Sequence record: DRR378314_251
Direction: 5' to 3' (one strand)
DNA length: 64,000 bases
Positions 8,024-18,527 of this stretch are shown here, one piece after another. How positions within the stretch are numbered: position 1 is the first letter of the stretch; the number at the start of each line of letters is the position of its first letter. Under the pieces are notes generated by a model, which saw only the letters and a list, made by a program, of their open reading frames with translations, searched no databases and was not told where the DNA came from. The translations under genes were made by a program, and so were the position numbers.

Positions 8024-11000
8024 ATGCTAACACACGAAGATGTGTGGGAAGCGCTTGAACAAGCGGGGATTTTCCAACTCGACTTCACCAACCAGCTAGA
8101 TGCATATCGAGCTGTCAAAGCCAAGGGCGGCGACAACTACACAGGGCATTTCTGGTATGAGGTCGACCAGAACGGTCTGGGCATGTTGGTCAGGCTGGAT
8201 ACTGCAGGTCGGGTGCTGGAGCAAGAGGCGGCAAGAACCGGCAAGCAGTTCTCTCGTCTGAACGCGTACGAACATTTACTGGCCTATGCCCAAAAACGGG
8301 GACGCAAGGGGCGCCCCGGTCGCCCCTATGATCCTGGCAGTCCCAAATATGCGTTTCTGCCGGCCCAGGAGGTTGCGCAAAAGCTGGACGGACAGGATTA
8401 TGACGCGCTACGCAGGCCGCGTCATGAGCGCAATGTGAAACTCCAATACCTGGTCATTCAGGAATATGCGCAGTTCTATTGCGATCAGCTGCAAACCCAT
8501 GTGCGCCCAAAAGACAGCCCCCCATTGTCCGCCTGGGAATTCCTGCACAAGCCGTTTACGCAGAAAGGCGCAATCAGCGCCTTCGAAGACTGGATCTGTG
8601 GACGAGCCCCGATCCGCACCGATATTCTGAGCGCCTATCGGCGCATTGGAAGCCCTGATGAAGACTGGGACTTCCACAGTCAAACCGATGACAGGACCGA
8701 ATTGCTGGACGACTTGTCCTCCTGGTTGAGCAAGACAGGAAAGTCGACCCGCATGCTCTGGAACATTCATGCGCCAACCTCGTGGTCAGGTTTGTCAGCC
8801 CTTGCCAATCACATTCTTCGCCAGGACTGGAAGGCAGGCGGCAAACTGCTACGCCCGCTCTGTGTTCCGGTCATCCTGGAAGGACATCGCAGAGCACAAT
8901 TCAGTCACTCGCAGATATTGTCCCTGCTCTTGTCATTTACTCGCGAAGAGCCTCATCCGGGTATTGTTCCGCCCCTTCCTCCTGGCACAGACCCAGGACA
9001 GGTCATGCTGGAGATACGTCAGAGACTCGCCAGTAAGCCTGCTCTGATCGTCTTTCTGGGCTTTGGAGAGAGACGCAATGGCGTTTACGAGACCCTGAGG
9101 GTTATTCGGGATGACTATACAATATCTACCATCATCCCAAATCTCCTGGAACCACCCAGCCGTGCCATAGACGGTCCGCTGGATCTGGGTACTTGGCGCC
9201 GCAACCGAATTCTCCTGCTGAGCAATGATGACATTTCAAACGTCGCCGACGGGCGTCATGCGCTTTCAGACACACATCCCGAATTGAGCCGATATCGGGA
9301 AGTCATGTTGAAACGGCCAAAGATCACTCGCCTTACAGATGCTCCCGATGATGACCAGACAGCAATAAAGATCATCAAAGGTCACAATTATATTCATGGT
9401 CGCGCCATCCTCTCAACCCGCGAGCGCAGGCATAGTTTTTGGCAAAAAGCGATCTCGGAAAACGTCTTTCGTACGATTGATGCACTCATTTCCCTGCAAG
9501 GGGCTCTGGCTGTGGACCATTCGCCGTCCGGCATCGGCATGGATGTCGATCGGGATCTTTTTGCGCATCTTGAAACGCTTCACGACAATACGGCAGGAGA
9601 TGATCCTCGTCTGGAGGTAAGCGTTCGCCACCTGCTCACTCTGTTGGAGAGACACAAGCCCGTCTGGGCTTTGTGCCTCAAGATGATTGCCGAAACACCG
9701 GGTGGGTTGAGGTCCAGAACACTCTGTGACCTGCTCATGCGATTTGCCGACTGGGCCGATGACAAGATGGGCGCAACTCTTGCATCTCATCTTCAGAGCC
9801 ATCTCGACCGGCACGAAAGGCAGAAATGCGCCGAGAAAGAAATCGAGACGATGCTTGATACGCTCTCGCCAATTCTGTCATTCGGCCGCGTCCAGGATTT
9901 TCCTGATCTGAAGCGACCCGCGGCCCACTTCGGCCTGAGGGGAGCGCGGTTCGCAAGTATCGCGCAAGAGGATCTGCAAGCAATCGAGTTCACCCTCCCT
10001 GGAGTTCGAGATCAAATCATCTGCGCACTTCACGATTCAAAGGATGGAAAAGATCTCGCCCAACTCATTCATCTGTTACTTTGTGATGAATCCCTACGCC
10101 AGCATACAGACGCCACAGTTGCGTCAAATGCATGGGACACTCAAATCACAAGACCCTATCGACGCCTGGTGCAGGCTATATTTCACGGGCTCAATGCCCT
10201 TCGTCCAAATGACACACGCGACGGGTGGGTCAGTCCCAGACTATCTGGGTGGGATGGCATTATTCCAAGTGACCCAGACTTGCTCTGGCGGGAACTCTAC
10301 CTGATACATTTCCGAGAGACACTTGAACGTCCGGGTGAATGGCGCCTCGCGAGAGTTTTCGCCAACGACCAATTGAAAATGGAGCTGCTCTTCGGCTTCG
10401 TAAGACCCTGGTTGCTGAACTGGTATGCCGATACGCCCTACCCGGAAGATCTGACAGTATTTGATCTCCTTGCTTCAAGAGACATTGTGCCCGAAGCAGT
10501 CAAAAGCCTGATGGTGGCCGATTGTCAGGCTTGCGCGGCACTCAACCTGTCTCCCAAGCTCATTCCGGATCGGCAACACTCATTTGTTAAGCAAGGCGAT
10601 TCCAACCGCAAACTCGATAAATACGCTGCTGACCGGGAAATTCTGGCTGCCAACACGAAATCCGCTGCGCATATCTGGAGGCGTATGCTCAATAGCGCGT
10701 TACCTGACCTGCTTACAACACAGAGTTTGGTGGCTTCGTCCTCTCACGAAGCCCAGAACACAGATGACCATAAGGTCTTTCTGACACGGCGTGCGCGGGA
10801 GTTGATTACGCTTATCAGCGCATTCGCGGGAAAGGCGCGCGACCTGATCTCTTCGAAGAACTTTGATACCCGGCCCAGCTTCCTGATTTCAGCTGAGGAC
10901 GCCGCAGTCCGCATGTTCCTGCGCGGGGTCTCTGCCCCAGAACGCCGTCATCTTGTCAACGCACTGAACCGACGGGCTGAATGTCTCGCCGTAAGGGCAG

Positions 11001-11734
11001 ATCGCCGGAGAGGACTGCGCGCACTCGATCCCTCGGCACTCCGCCAGCAAAGCGGCACGGAAAGCCAGGACCCATCCGACGAAGACGTGCTACACATGTT
11101 TGCCCATGCATTTGCAACCTATGAAGTTGCTGAACTCATACGCAAAACGACATTCGAGATGTCACCATTCTCGGGCGAGCATGCTGTTTCGGGACATGCA
11201 ACGCGCGGCGCTATTCGTCTCTCTCTGATCCTGGAGCGCGAAGCCGGACGCACCCTGCCGTCAGAGGCCTTGAAAGAGCGGTATGCAGCATTGCGAGGTC
11301 CCGGCATGTTTGGTCAGTATGCGATACGCATGAAGGATGAATTGACACGAAGTCTCGGACGATTTCCCCGGGAGCGGGCCTCCATTCTCATCCTTGAAGC
11401 CGCAATGATCCGTATCATGGAAGCTCATATTTCAAACCCGGAAGAACTTCAGCGCGCCATGGGCCTGTTGCAGGAAGCCGAGAGCCTTGTTCTGGGTGTT
11501 TCAGCAACGGCACGCCTGCGCCTTCGCTTCCTGCTGGAGCGCGCAAAGCTGCATCGGCAGATTGCCCTCGTTCAGCGCAATGGATCCACAGAATTGGCAA
11601 AAAGGACATTCGATGCAAGCAAGCATGATCTTGACACGGTGGAATCGCTCTCGAGAAAGCTCAAACTGCCGCTCTGGGAAAGCATTGCTCAAATCCAGCT
11701 GCAGAAGCTTCAGAAAGTTCGCAATAGCGCTTGA
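8024..11734 (+). CDS. Large hypothetical protein with degenerate STAND/NB-ARC-like NTPase and helical C-terminus
   Basis: GGAGGT RBS, ATG 8024; R-x-E-L..L..WL, HAPTSWSGLSALA (Walker A-like, no Lys), ALIVFLGFGE (Walker B-like, no Asp), RILLLSN (sensor-1-like). Confidence 0.65.
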   Translation: MLTHEDVWEALEQAGIFQLDFTNQLDAYRAVKAKGGDNYTGHFWYEVDQNGLGMLVRLDTAGRVLEQEAARTGKQFSRLNAYEHLLAYAQKRGRKGRPGRPYDPGSPKYAFLPAQEVAQKLDGQDYDALRRPRHERNVKLQYLVIQEYAQFYCDQLQTHVRPKDSPPLSAWEFLHKPFTQKGAISAFEDWICGRAPIRTDILSAYRRIGSPDEDWDFHSQTDDRTELLDDLSSWLSKTGKSTRMLWNIHAPTSWSGLSALANHILRQDWKAGGKLLRPLCVPVILEGHRRAQFSHSQILSLLLSFTREEPHPGIVPPLPPGTDPGQVMLEIRQRLASKPALIVFLGFGERRNGVYETLRVIRDDYTISTIIPNLLEPPSRAIDGPLDLGTWRRNRILLLSNDDISNVADGRHALSDTHPELSRYREVMLKRPKITRLTDAPDDDQTAIKIIKGHNYIHGRAILSTRERRHSFWQKAISENVFRTIDALISLQGALAVDHSPSGIGMDVDRDLFAHLETLHDNTAGDDPRLEVSVRHLLTLLERHKPVWALCLKMIAETPGGLRSRTLCDLLMRFADWADDKMGATLASHLQSHLDRHERQKCAEKEIETMLDTLSPILSFGRVQDFPDLKRPAAHFGLRGARFASIAQEDLQAIEFTLPGVRDQIICALHDSKDGKDLAQLIHLLLCDESLRQHTDATVASNAWDTQITRPYRRLVQAIFHGLNALRPNDTRDGWVSPRLSGWDGIIPSDPDLLWRELYLIHFRETLERPGEWRLARVFANDQLKMELLFGFVRPWLLNWYADTPYPEDLTVFDLLASRDIVPEAVKSLMVADCQACAALNLSPKLIPDRQHSFVKQGDSNRKLDKYAADREILAANTKSAAHIWRRMLNSALPDLLTTQSLVASSSHEAQNTDDHKVFLTRRARELITLISAFAGKARDLISSKNFDTRPSFLISAEDAAVRMFLRGVSAPERRHLVNALNRRAECLAVRADRRRGLRALDPSALRQQSGTESQDPSDEDVLHMFAHAFATYEVAELIRKTTFEMSPFSGEHAVSGHATRGAIRLSLILEREAGRTLPSEALKERYAALRGPGMFGQYAIRMKDELTRSLGRFPRERASILILEAAMIRIMEAHISNPEELQRAMGLLQEAESLVLGVSATARLRLRFLLERAKLHRQIALVQRNGSTELAKRTFDASKHDLDTVESLSRKLKLPLWESIAQIQLQKLQKVRNSA

Positions 11735-11799
11735 CCCAGGAGGCCGACTTCGCTCAGCTTCGCCTTGCGAATGTGTTGCAGGATGCGTTCACCAATGCG

Positions 11800-12843
11800 C
11801 TACTCAGTTTCCTCACGGAGCCTGAAACCATTGCGAATATCCACACTGAATATCCGGGTCGGTACATCAAGGTATGCATAGACTGCTGACAAGCGTTTCC
11901 GAAATCGTATATCATTTGTGATGATCGCGTCGCACAGGCTGGCATAAGCGGCATGGGAGAGGTCAGAGTGACTGGAGATAAACTTGCCGGACCGCGAGAG
12001 TCTCTTGTCGGACTGATATCCGATGAGGTTCAGGATCAGCATCATACTCCTGACCTTGTCCGGGATAGTGTAGGGCCTGCCTGTATACGGGCTCTCTCCC
12101 TCGACATGACAAAAAGTTTCAAATGACCAGCCGCTCACCGCGTTATTCGTCAATTGGATTAGCGACCAGATCTGCTCGATCACATTGTCACCCTGAATGG
12201 AATTCAGTGCCTCAATGTCGAGCCCCAAATCTTTGCGGAAATCGACACTCGTCACCTGCCTGCCGCTTGGCTGGAGATTTGCCGCCAGGGTCTGAGCCGT
12301 CGACGAGACCGCACTGGAGGCTATGGCGATGATAGAGTCATGCAGTTGGTCGAGGAGCTCTCGGAAGTCCTCAGGCAAGTCGAACTGGTCCAACTTGTTT
12401 TTCCACGCCCTTCGCATCTCCGTCATCTGGGCAGCCGAGATGTCTTCAAACGTGCGCTCTGTCTCGCCTCCAAACAGCTTGTGAAGCATGCCCAGGCCCT
12501 GAAGGTCGGGTGAGGCCAGTAACCCTTCTCCAAGCGTTTCCTGATAGCGCTCTTGTGGACTCTCTATCCGCATTTTAAACCGACCCGTCGGCATGAACCG
12601 GTGATCCCGTTCATCGAAAACCCGCGCTGTCACGAATTTTGAGAGATTGCCGAGAAACTGAGGTGCGAGGCCTTCTGATCGCACAATCTCGTTTATGGTC
12701 TCATCGGAATATACAAGCACAACCGTGTCGCGCCATGCCTCGAAGACCTCTGACGAAATAAGCGCCTCAAGCGGCGCCCCTAATATGTTCTGATCGACAT
12801 AAATCACAGGACGTGGAAGGTCGTTTAGATTTTCTTCTGCCAT
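11800..12843 (-). CDS. PIN-like domain protein
   Basis: IYVDQNIL, YSDETINEI, SDLSHAAYA and IITND acidic PIN pattern with a large insertion. Confidence 0.65.
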   Translation of the reverse strand: MAEENLNDLPRPVIYVDQNILGAPLEALISSEVFEAWRDTVVLVYSDETINEIVRSEGLAPQFLGNLSKFVTARVFDERDHRFMPTGRFKMRIESPQERYQETLGEGLLASPDLQGLGMLHKLFGGETERTFEDISAAQMTEMRRAWKNKLDQFDLPEDFRELLDQLHDSIIAIASSAVSSTAQTLAANLQPSGRQVTSVDFRKDLGLDIEALNSIQGDNVIEQIWSLIQLTNNAVSGWSFETFCHVEGESPYTGRPYTIPDKVRSMMLILNLIGYQSDKRLSRSGKFISSHSDLSHAAYASLCDAIITNDIRFRKRLSAVYAYLDVPTRIFSVDIRNGFRLREETE

Positions 12844-13052
12844 GTTGACGGATTTAGTACCGTTTTTTTCTAGATTTCGAACCAGAAGGGTCTACGACTC
12901 TCGCAACCAGCTGATCCGACTCCGCCGGTTACAGGCTAGAAGATGTTCCCGTAGAATATCGCCAAGATGCTCGCGTGGTCCTCAGCCCCGGCAAAACAAA
13001 CTCGCGCTAACCGGGCATTGTCAGACAGGATGAAATCCTCAAGCTCCCTCGC

Positions 13053-13280
13053 TCAGGCTGCAGCACGAGGCCGCGTATGCCGGGCCGCGATCAAATGCAG
13101 AGCAGCCGCTTGCATCACCGCCTCGTCCATACCCAAAGGAACATTTTGAAGTTCAAGAGCCCGCTCTGTAAGCGTGATGGCGATCTCCGGGAACTGCGCT
13201 TTCAGCTGCGACGCAGCGATCGGCACCCTGACCGCCTCTTCATGAGTGTAGGGAAAGATGATCATCTTGGTGCCTTCCAA
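13053..13280 (-). CDS. Small hypothetical protein
   Basis: GGAAGG RBS before MIIFPY; protein-like composition. Confidence 0.45.
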   Translation of the reverse strand: MEGTKMIIFPYTHEEAVRVPIAASQLKAQFPEIAITLTERALELQNVPLGMDEAVMQAAALHLIAARHTRPRAAA

Positions 13281-13425
13281 TTGGTTGGCATTTTAGCGCG
13301 ATTCCCTTCAGAGATGGAGCTGTTTTGACCGTGTAGGTATCTGCGAAGCGGAAGTGGGATCTGCCTCGGGACTCAAATCGTGTAGGGCTTCCCGCTCTTC
13401 GTGGACCCTAGGGGAGATATTGGGC

Positions 13426-16400
13426 GTGAAGCACAATGACTTTGTAGACCTCGACCGCCGGTTCGAACCGGTTGGCGCACGCGACCGACACGAAAGCGAC
13501 GAGACAGGACTTCGCATGTTCCTGCCGGACTCGGCCTCCGGACTTGCCTGGCAGGAAGTCTTGGCATTTCGCACCGTTGTCATCCTGGGTCGTGCTGGCT
13601 CAGGCAAGACAAGGGAGCTCTTGAATCAGACACAACGCCTTTCAGAACAGGGCAAGGCCGCCTTCTATGTCAGGCTGGAGGCATTGACCAGTTCCAGTCT
13701 GGAAGAGGCCCTCGGTGAGAAAGGCGATCGCGAACCTGTCGAGCAATTCCGCAAATGGAAGCGTGGCAAGACTGAAGGATACTTTTTCCTCGATGCCCTC
13801 GATGAAGCGCGGCTACCTCGCGGACGAAACGGCATCATCCTCGATGCGGCACTTGCCGCCTTCAAGCATGCCATCGGGCCAGCCAGGAACCGGGCATCCC
13901 TCATTCTGTCTACCCGAGGAAGTGAATGGCACGACGAGACAGACAGGCCAAAACTGCAGGACATTCTTGTCTGGCTGAACCGGCAGGATGCCGCACAGTC
14001 AAAAGCGGACGGTCGTGGCCCCACCGCTACGGACACGCCAACAGACCCGGCACATCTGAAAATCCTTGCCCTGTCGCCACTTAGCCGCTCGCAGCTTGTC
14101 AAACTCGCTTCGGCACATGGTATAGAAGCTGAAAGCTTTGTCGGTGCCGTAGAGACAGCAAAGGCGGTTGTTCTGGCCCAGACACCGCTGGAAGCCCGGA
14201 TGTTGATCGATGTCTGGAAAGGCAATCTCGATGCGGGCCTGCCCGGTGCAGCCGGATTTGAAAGCCGGCGCCGGCTCTTCCAACGGGCAATCGATTATGC
14301 GCTTCGCCCGCGCCCCGATGCAGAGCGCCGTTCCGATCTCAGCCAGCCTGCTGCCATCGAAGGACTGCAAGCGCTCGCTGCAGCCTGCACATTGAGCGGA
14401 AAGCGTGACTTCGCGCTTGCTGCAGGCTATGACACCGATTGCCTCGATCCACACGCTATCCTGGGTGCGCTCAGCGATGAATGGACAGACGCCAGTATCC
14501 GCCAACTTTTCAGCTACGGCTTTTTCGATCCGGCTTCGGCCGGCCGCATTCGGTTTGCCATCAGGGAAATCCAGGACTTCCTCGCGGCCGAATTTTTCGA
14601 CCGCGCGATAGACAATCTCGGTGGCAATCTCGCCCCCCTCTCGCCTTTACTCGGTGTGTTTCTGGACCGTAGCTACGTCCCACCAGACCTTCTGAATTTT
14701 TTCGGGTGGCTTGCCACGATGAACCCCGCTGCCAGGCGGCTCGTGATCGATATTCATCCTACGCTGCTCATGGAAACCGGCGATCCTGGTCTCTATAGCA
14801 TTGACGAACGGGCAGGCGCGCTGCGCAGTCATGCAGCGCAGTACGAAACTCAGATCTTCCGGGGAGAACACTTCTACCGCGATGACCTTGAGGCCTTTGC
14901 ACATCCAGACCTTGCCCCTACCGTTGCAGACCTGCTTTCGACAGCCACGTCTCGCGAACTGCGAGAAAACCTTGTCGCGCTCGCCCAACATGGCGACATG
15001 GAAAGCCTTTCCGGTCTACTCTGCGACATTGCCTGTAATCAGAATGAAGCCCGCAGGATCAGGACGCAAGCAAATCTCGCGCTCCAGGCGTTTGGCGGGC
15101 AGGACTTGCGCGACCGTGTCCGCCGCAGCATGGATGAGGACATCGCTACCGCAGGCGAGATCGACCCCGAAGCGGCATCCACCTGGAATGGCTGGCTCCT
15201 TACAGGTCTCGGCTTCGTGGCGCCAGGCCTCAGCGCGATTGGCGACGTCGCAACCTATCTCGAACATCTCGCCCGGGAACCGAAGAATCTTGCCTCTGCC
15301 AGCGGCTATTATGCGAGTGATCTTGTCGCTGCAGCACAGGCCTCCATCCCCGGCGACTGGCTCGGCGCACTTCTCGGTCTCATTCTGGATCCAACTGCCA
15401 ATCAGAACGATCACCTGCCGGCGCCCCTGCCCGCGCGCCTTATGCTGCTCCAGCCGATATCCAATCTCGTCCTTGATGAACTAAGTACCGGCGCAAATGC
15501 GGCGCCGACCGAAGATTTCATGACGGCGATTGAACTGTTCTGCGGTCTTACGCACCGGGAGGGCAGTTTTGCCTTCTCAAAGAGTGTGAGTGAAATCGCC
15601 GACAGGCTGCGAGCCGCGTCGGACGCCAAGTTCGCTCTCATTCGGCGCCGACTTCACCTCGTGAGACCGGATCGGATCTGGTCTTATGATGCGCTCGGTC
15701 CGCTCAAACTGTCGGAACGACATGGTCAGGAGGGCCTCTGGACGACAGAAGATGTTATGCGTGCCCTCGATGAGGCCGAAACGGCGGAAACGACAGACGA
15801 AATTCGGACCTGGTATGCAATTGCCCGCGGCCTGATCTTCGAAGCAGGACCGTTGGAGCACCGGAAGTCCGTTTTCAAGCGTTTGAACCGGTTCGAGCGC
15901 AGGAGCCATGATCCTGAAATCCGGCGCTTTGCTCCAAAACGACCAGAGGCCTGGCATAGGGCAAAGTACAAATTCGTGCATGGCGGTAGCAACAGGCTCA
16001 AGCGCGCACTTGTGGACAGGATTTTTTGGCCGTGGCGGCAAGTTCACCGCGCCTGGCTCTTGCGCCAGAGCTTGCCGAAGATCCGCTCAGGGACCCATCT
16101 CAATTTTCTCCACACTTCCATGTTCGAAGCAACCCGAAATAATGAGGCCTGGAGTGTGCAATCCGTACTCCGACATATTGCTGAAACCGATGGCCGCTTG
16201 GCCCGGAGGGCGGCAGACGCCGGCTACCGCGCGGTCTGGCGGTCGTTGGACCCGTCCATTTTGACACATTCCGATGGCTGGGCCATTGCCGATGTCGCCT
16301 ATGCCGGCCTGCAGCTGGACCGGACGTCCGGCAAGCTCCTCCATGATCGAAATGAAACCGCCCGTTGGTGTACAATCGCGCTTCTCAGTGAACACTGCAA

Positions 16401-17787
16401 CCTCCCAGACCTTGCTGATTTCTATCTCCCCGCACACAATGAAGTCGTCCGGCAAACTCTTGAGGCTCCACTCCGGGCTGCGCTTGCCGCAAAGCCTCCC
16501 CCTCAGGATGGACCTCACCGGCTTATTTCTGCCCTCGCCTACGGACCCGGCCTGGTCAAAGCTGCGGCAGCGCCACTTATCGCAGACCTGCTTGCCGAAC
16601 AGCCCATCATTCCTGCCGCCGACCTTGCCTATCTGCTCCCCATCCTCGCACATGATGGCGAAGCCGGGCTGATCGGCCCGGCCTTCCTGCGTCGGCAATT
16701 TTCAGAATCCGCTGCAGAAGGCCAGTACAAAAGGGCCTGGATCTGGCTTGAGCTTCTGTTCAGGACCGATCCGGACGACGCCGTGCGAACGCTCGCCCCC
16801 TGGACACCACACGTCTGGCCGGAAGATAGGACAAGCCCGCTCATGGGTTTCATCGCTGACTTCGGCAACCTGATGAACCGGTCACGACACGATCCTGACC
16901 GACGCTCTGATGCCCTTCACGGCTCTGCTTCGGCGCTCGGCGTTCTTGTCCGACTCGCCTGGCTGATCGCGCCGCCCGAAACCGATATCCGGCACGAAGG
17001 CGTTTACTCTCCAGGCATGCGGGACAAGGCCGGTGACCAGCGCCGCCATTGGACGGACAGTCTGGTCGGGCTGGCAAATGAAGCGGGTTATCAGGAACTC
17101 ATGCGCCTCGCCGACCTCCCTGAACTGGTCGGCCAGAGAGATCTCTTCCACTATCACGCCGAACGACTTGTCCGGCTGGGAGCCAGCCGTCATCTGCCGG
17201 GAAATGATGACATTCCCCGCCTGATGTCCGGGCTCCGCTCCACTCCCCGCACCCGGGAAGAGTTTGCAACCTATGTGAACGGTATTCTGGACGGCCTCCT
17301 TGAACGGTTCGTGAACTCCAACCACGATGAGGCACGCCCCTATCGCCAGTCGGCAGGAACGCCGTCCGAGCGGGATGAGGCGGATTTCCGGAACTGGCTG
17401 AGCGCTCGGCTCGAAGAAACCGGATACGAGGTCTTTTCGGTCACGCGTGAGCCTGAGGCGGCTAGTGAAAACAGGACCGACATCCTTGTGACAGCAAGAC
17501 GTACAGACCTTGGCTGCGTGGTTATCGAAGTTAAGCTCGCGGACCGTTCACACTGGTCCGGTGACGCACTGGTAAGCACGCTCGAGACGCAGGTGCGGGA
17601 CAGATACCTGCGCGAAGCAGAAAAGCATGCGGGCACGCTGGTGCTGCTGAATACGAGAGGGCCAGCGTTCAGGAAGCGGGTTGAGGGCCGCCTTGTGGAG
17701 TTTGAGGCACTGGTTGCAGCGTGCACGGCGCGTGCCGGCTCGATTGGAGGCGACAAGCGGTACAAAGTACTCGCCCGTGAAATTTGA
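13426..17787 (+). CDS. NACHT/STAND NTPase with helical repeats and C-terminal PD-(D/E)XK nuclease (Avs/bNACHT-like defence protein)
   Basis: Walker A GRAGSGKT, Walker B YFFLDALDE, LILSTR; C-terminus E..FRNWL…RE…RTDI…VIEVK; GTG start at 13426 after GGGAG. Confidence 0.85.
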   Translation: MKHNDFVDLDRRFEPVGARDRHESDETGLRMFLPDSASGLAWQEVLAFRTVVILGRAGSGKTRELLNQTQRLSEQGKAAFYVRLEALTSSSLEEALGEKGDREPVEQFRKWKRGKTEGYFFLDALDEARLPRGRNGIILDAALAAFKHAIGPARNRASLILSTRGSEWHDETDRPKLQDILVWLNRQDAAQSKADGRGPTATDTPTDPAHLKILALSPLSRSQLVKLASAHGIEAESFVGAVETAKAVVLAQTPLEARMLIDVWKGNLDAGLPGAAGFESRRRLFQRAIDYALRPRPDAERRSDLSQPAAIEGLQALAAACTLSGKRDFALAAGYDTDCLDPHAILGALSDEWTDASIRQLFSYGFFDPASAGRIRFAIREIQDFLAAEFFDRAIDNLGGNLAPLSPLLGVFLDRSYVPPDLLNFFGWLATMNPAARRLVIDIHPTLLMETGDPGLYSIDERAGALRSHAAQYETQIFRGEHFYRDDLEAFAHPDLAPTVADLLSTATSRELRENLVALAQHGDMESLSGLLCDIACNQNEARRIRTQANLALQAFGGQDLRDRVRRSMDEDIATAGEIDPEAASTWNGWLLTGLGFVAPGLSAIGDVATYLEHLAREPKNLASASGYYASDLVAAAQASIPGDWLGALLGLILDPTANQNDHLPAPLPARLMLLQPISNLVLDELSTGANAAPTEDFMTAIELFCGLTHREGSFAFSKSVSEIADRLRAASDAKFALIRRRLHLVRPDRIWSYDALGPLKLSERHGQEGLWTTEDVMRALDEAETAETTDEIRTWYAIARGLIFEAGPLEHRKSVFKRLNRFERRSHDPEIRRFAPKRPEAWHRAKYKFVHGGSNRLKRALVDRIFWPWRQVHRAWLLRQSLPKIRSGTHLNFLHTSMFEATRNNEAWSVQSVLRHIAETDGRLARRAADAGYRAVWRSLDPSILTHSDGWAIADVAYAGLQLDRTSGKLLHDRNETARWCTIALLSEHCNLPDLADFYLPAHNEVVRQTLEAPLRAALAAKPPPQDGPHRLISALAYGPGLVKAAAAPLIADLLAEQPIIPAADLAYLLPILAHDGEAGLIGPAFLRRQFSESAAEGQYKRAWIWLELLFRTDPDDAVRTLAPWTPHVWPEDRTSPLMGFIADFGNLMNRSRHDPDRRSDALHGSASALGVLVRLAWLIAPPETDIRHEGVYSPGMRDKAGDQRRHWTDSLVGLANEAGYQELMRLADLPELVGQRDLFHYHAERLVRLGASRHLPGNDDIPRLMSGLRSTPRTREEFATYVNGILDGLLERFVNSNHDEARPYRQSAGTPSERDEADFRNWLSARLEETGYEVFSVTREPEAASENRTDILVTARRTDLGCVVIEVKLADRSHWSGDALVSTLETQVRDRYLREAEKHAGTLVLLNTRGPAFRKRVEGRLVEFEALVAACTARAGSIGGDKRYKVLAREI

Positions 17788-17945
17788 CAGACACTTGGCA
17801 CGAAGTGCATTTCCGTAACATCGTTGGGTATCAGTGGAGGATCTGACCCACGCAGTTCAAATTCCGAAATATGCAGACAGTGCGCCCAATAAACACTGGA
17901 CACTGATGTCTACCGTATACAGCGTGTCGCTCGGTCGTAACTGCC

Positions 17946-18170
17946 TCAAACCTCGCCCTCGAGAAAGGAGGCGAGGTCAAGAATTTTGTCAGCCGCCAGC
18001 GTTTCGACCGCGCGTTTCAGTCTGGCAGGACTTCCCTTAAGCTGGTGTTCGCTTAGCCGGAATTCGACAGTTATCCGGGCGAGCGAAATTCTGTGCACAA
18101 GCTCCACGCTCACGTCTCTGTCTTCTAGATCTATGCTGACCGAATCGACGGCCCACAAACGTTGCCTCAT
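17946..18170 (-). CDS. Small hypothetical protein (74 aa)
   Basis: GGAGAAGG RBS before ATG 18170 (MRQRLWAVD…). Confidence 0.5.
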   Translation of the reverse strand: MRQRLWAVDSVSIDLEDRDVSVELVHRISLARITVEFRLSEHQLKGSPARLKRAVETLAADKILDLASFLEGEV

Positions 18171-18381
18171 TGCCTTCTCCGCTGGCTGATTTTGCGCGAA
18201 CGCCGTCACTCCGCGCCTCGGCCAGACTTTCCCCTTGAATCGACCGGGCCCACAGCGCAAAAATGACCTATGTCGAATGTTTGTCAGTATCCGGAGCGAT
18301 ACTTCTTGTCGAAATGACCCGAGCCCAAATTTTTCAGATCCGTTGCCGCAGCGCTCGCCTAAACTATTCAACTCGCGCAAT

Positions 18382-18420
18382 CTTTACATTGTGACACGCA
18401 ATTCTTGTGAAGTTTTACAA
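18382..18420. promoter_or_regulatory. Candidate RamB/ScfR operator upstream of aceA
   Basis: Repeated TTTACA / TTGTGA half-sites (TTTACATTGTGACA…TTGTGAAGTTTTACAA); a RamB-type regulator gene lies in the window. Confidence 0.4.
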
Positions 18421-18527
18421 GTCGACAGTTCGCCCCCTGCCCACCAGGTGTGACCGCCTCTATCTCACACCCAGATCGCCTCATTCATCAATTGGCGAAC
18501 CATCTGGAACTGAAGGAAGAGATCGAT

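Noticed and set aside
17796-17811. Sigma-54 promoter-like TTGGCACGAAGTGCA
   Set aside because: GG-to-GC spacing is 8 nt rather than the required 10.
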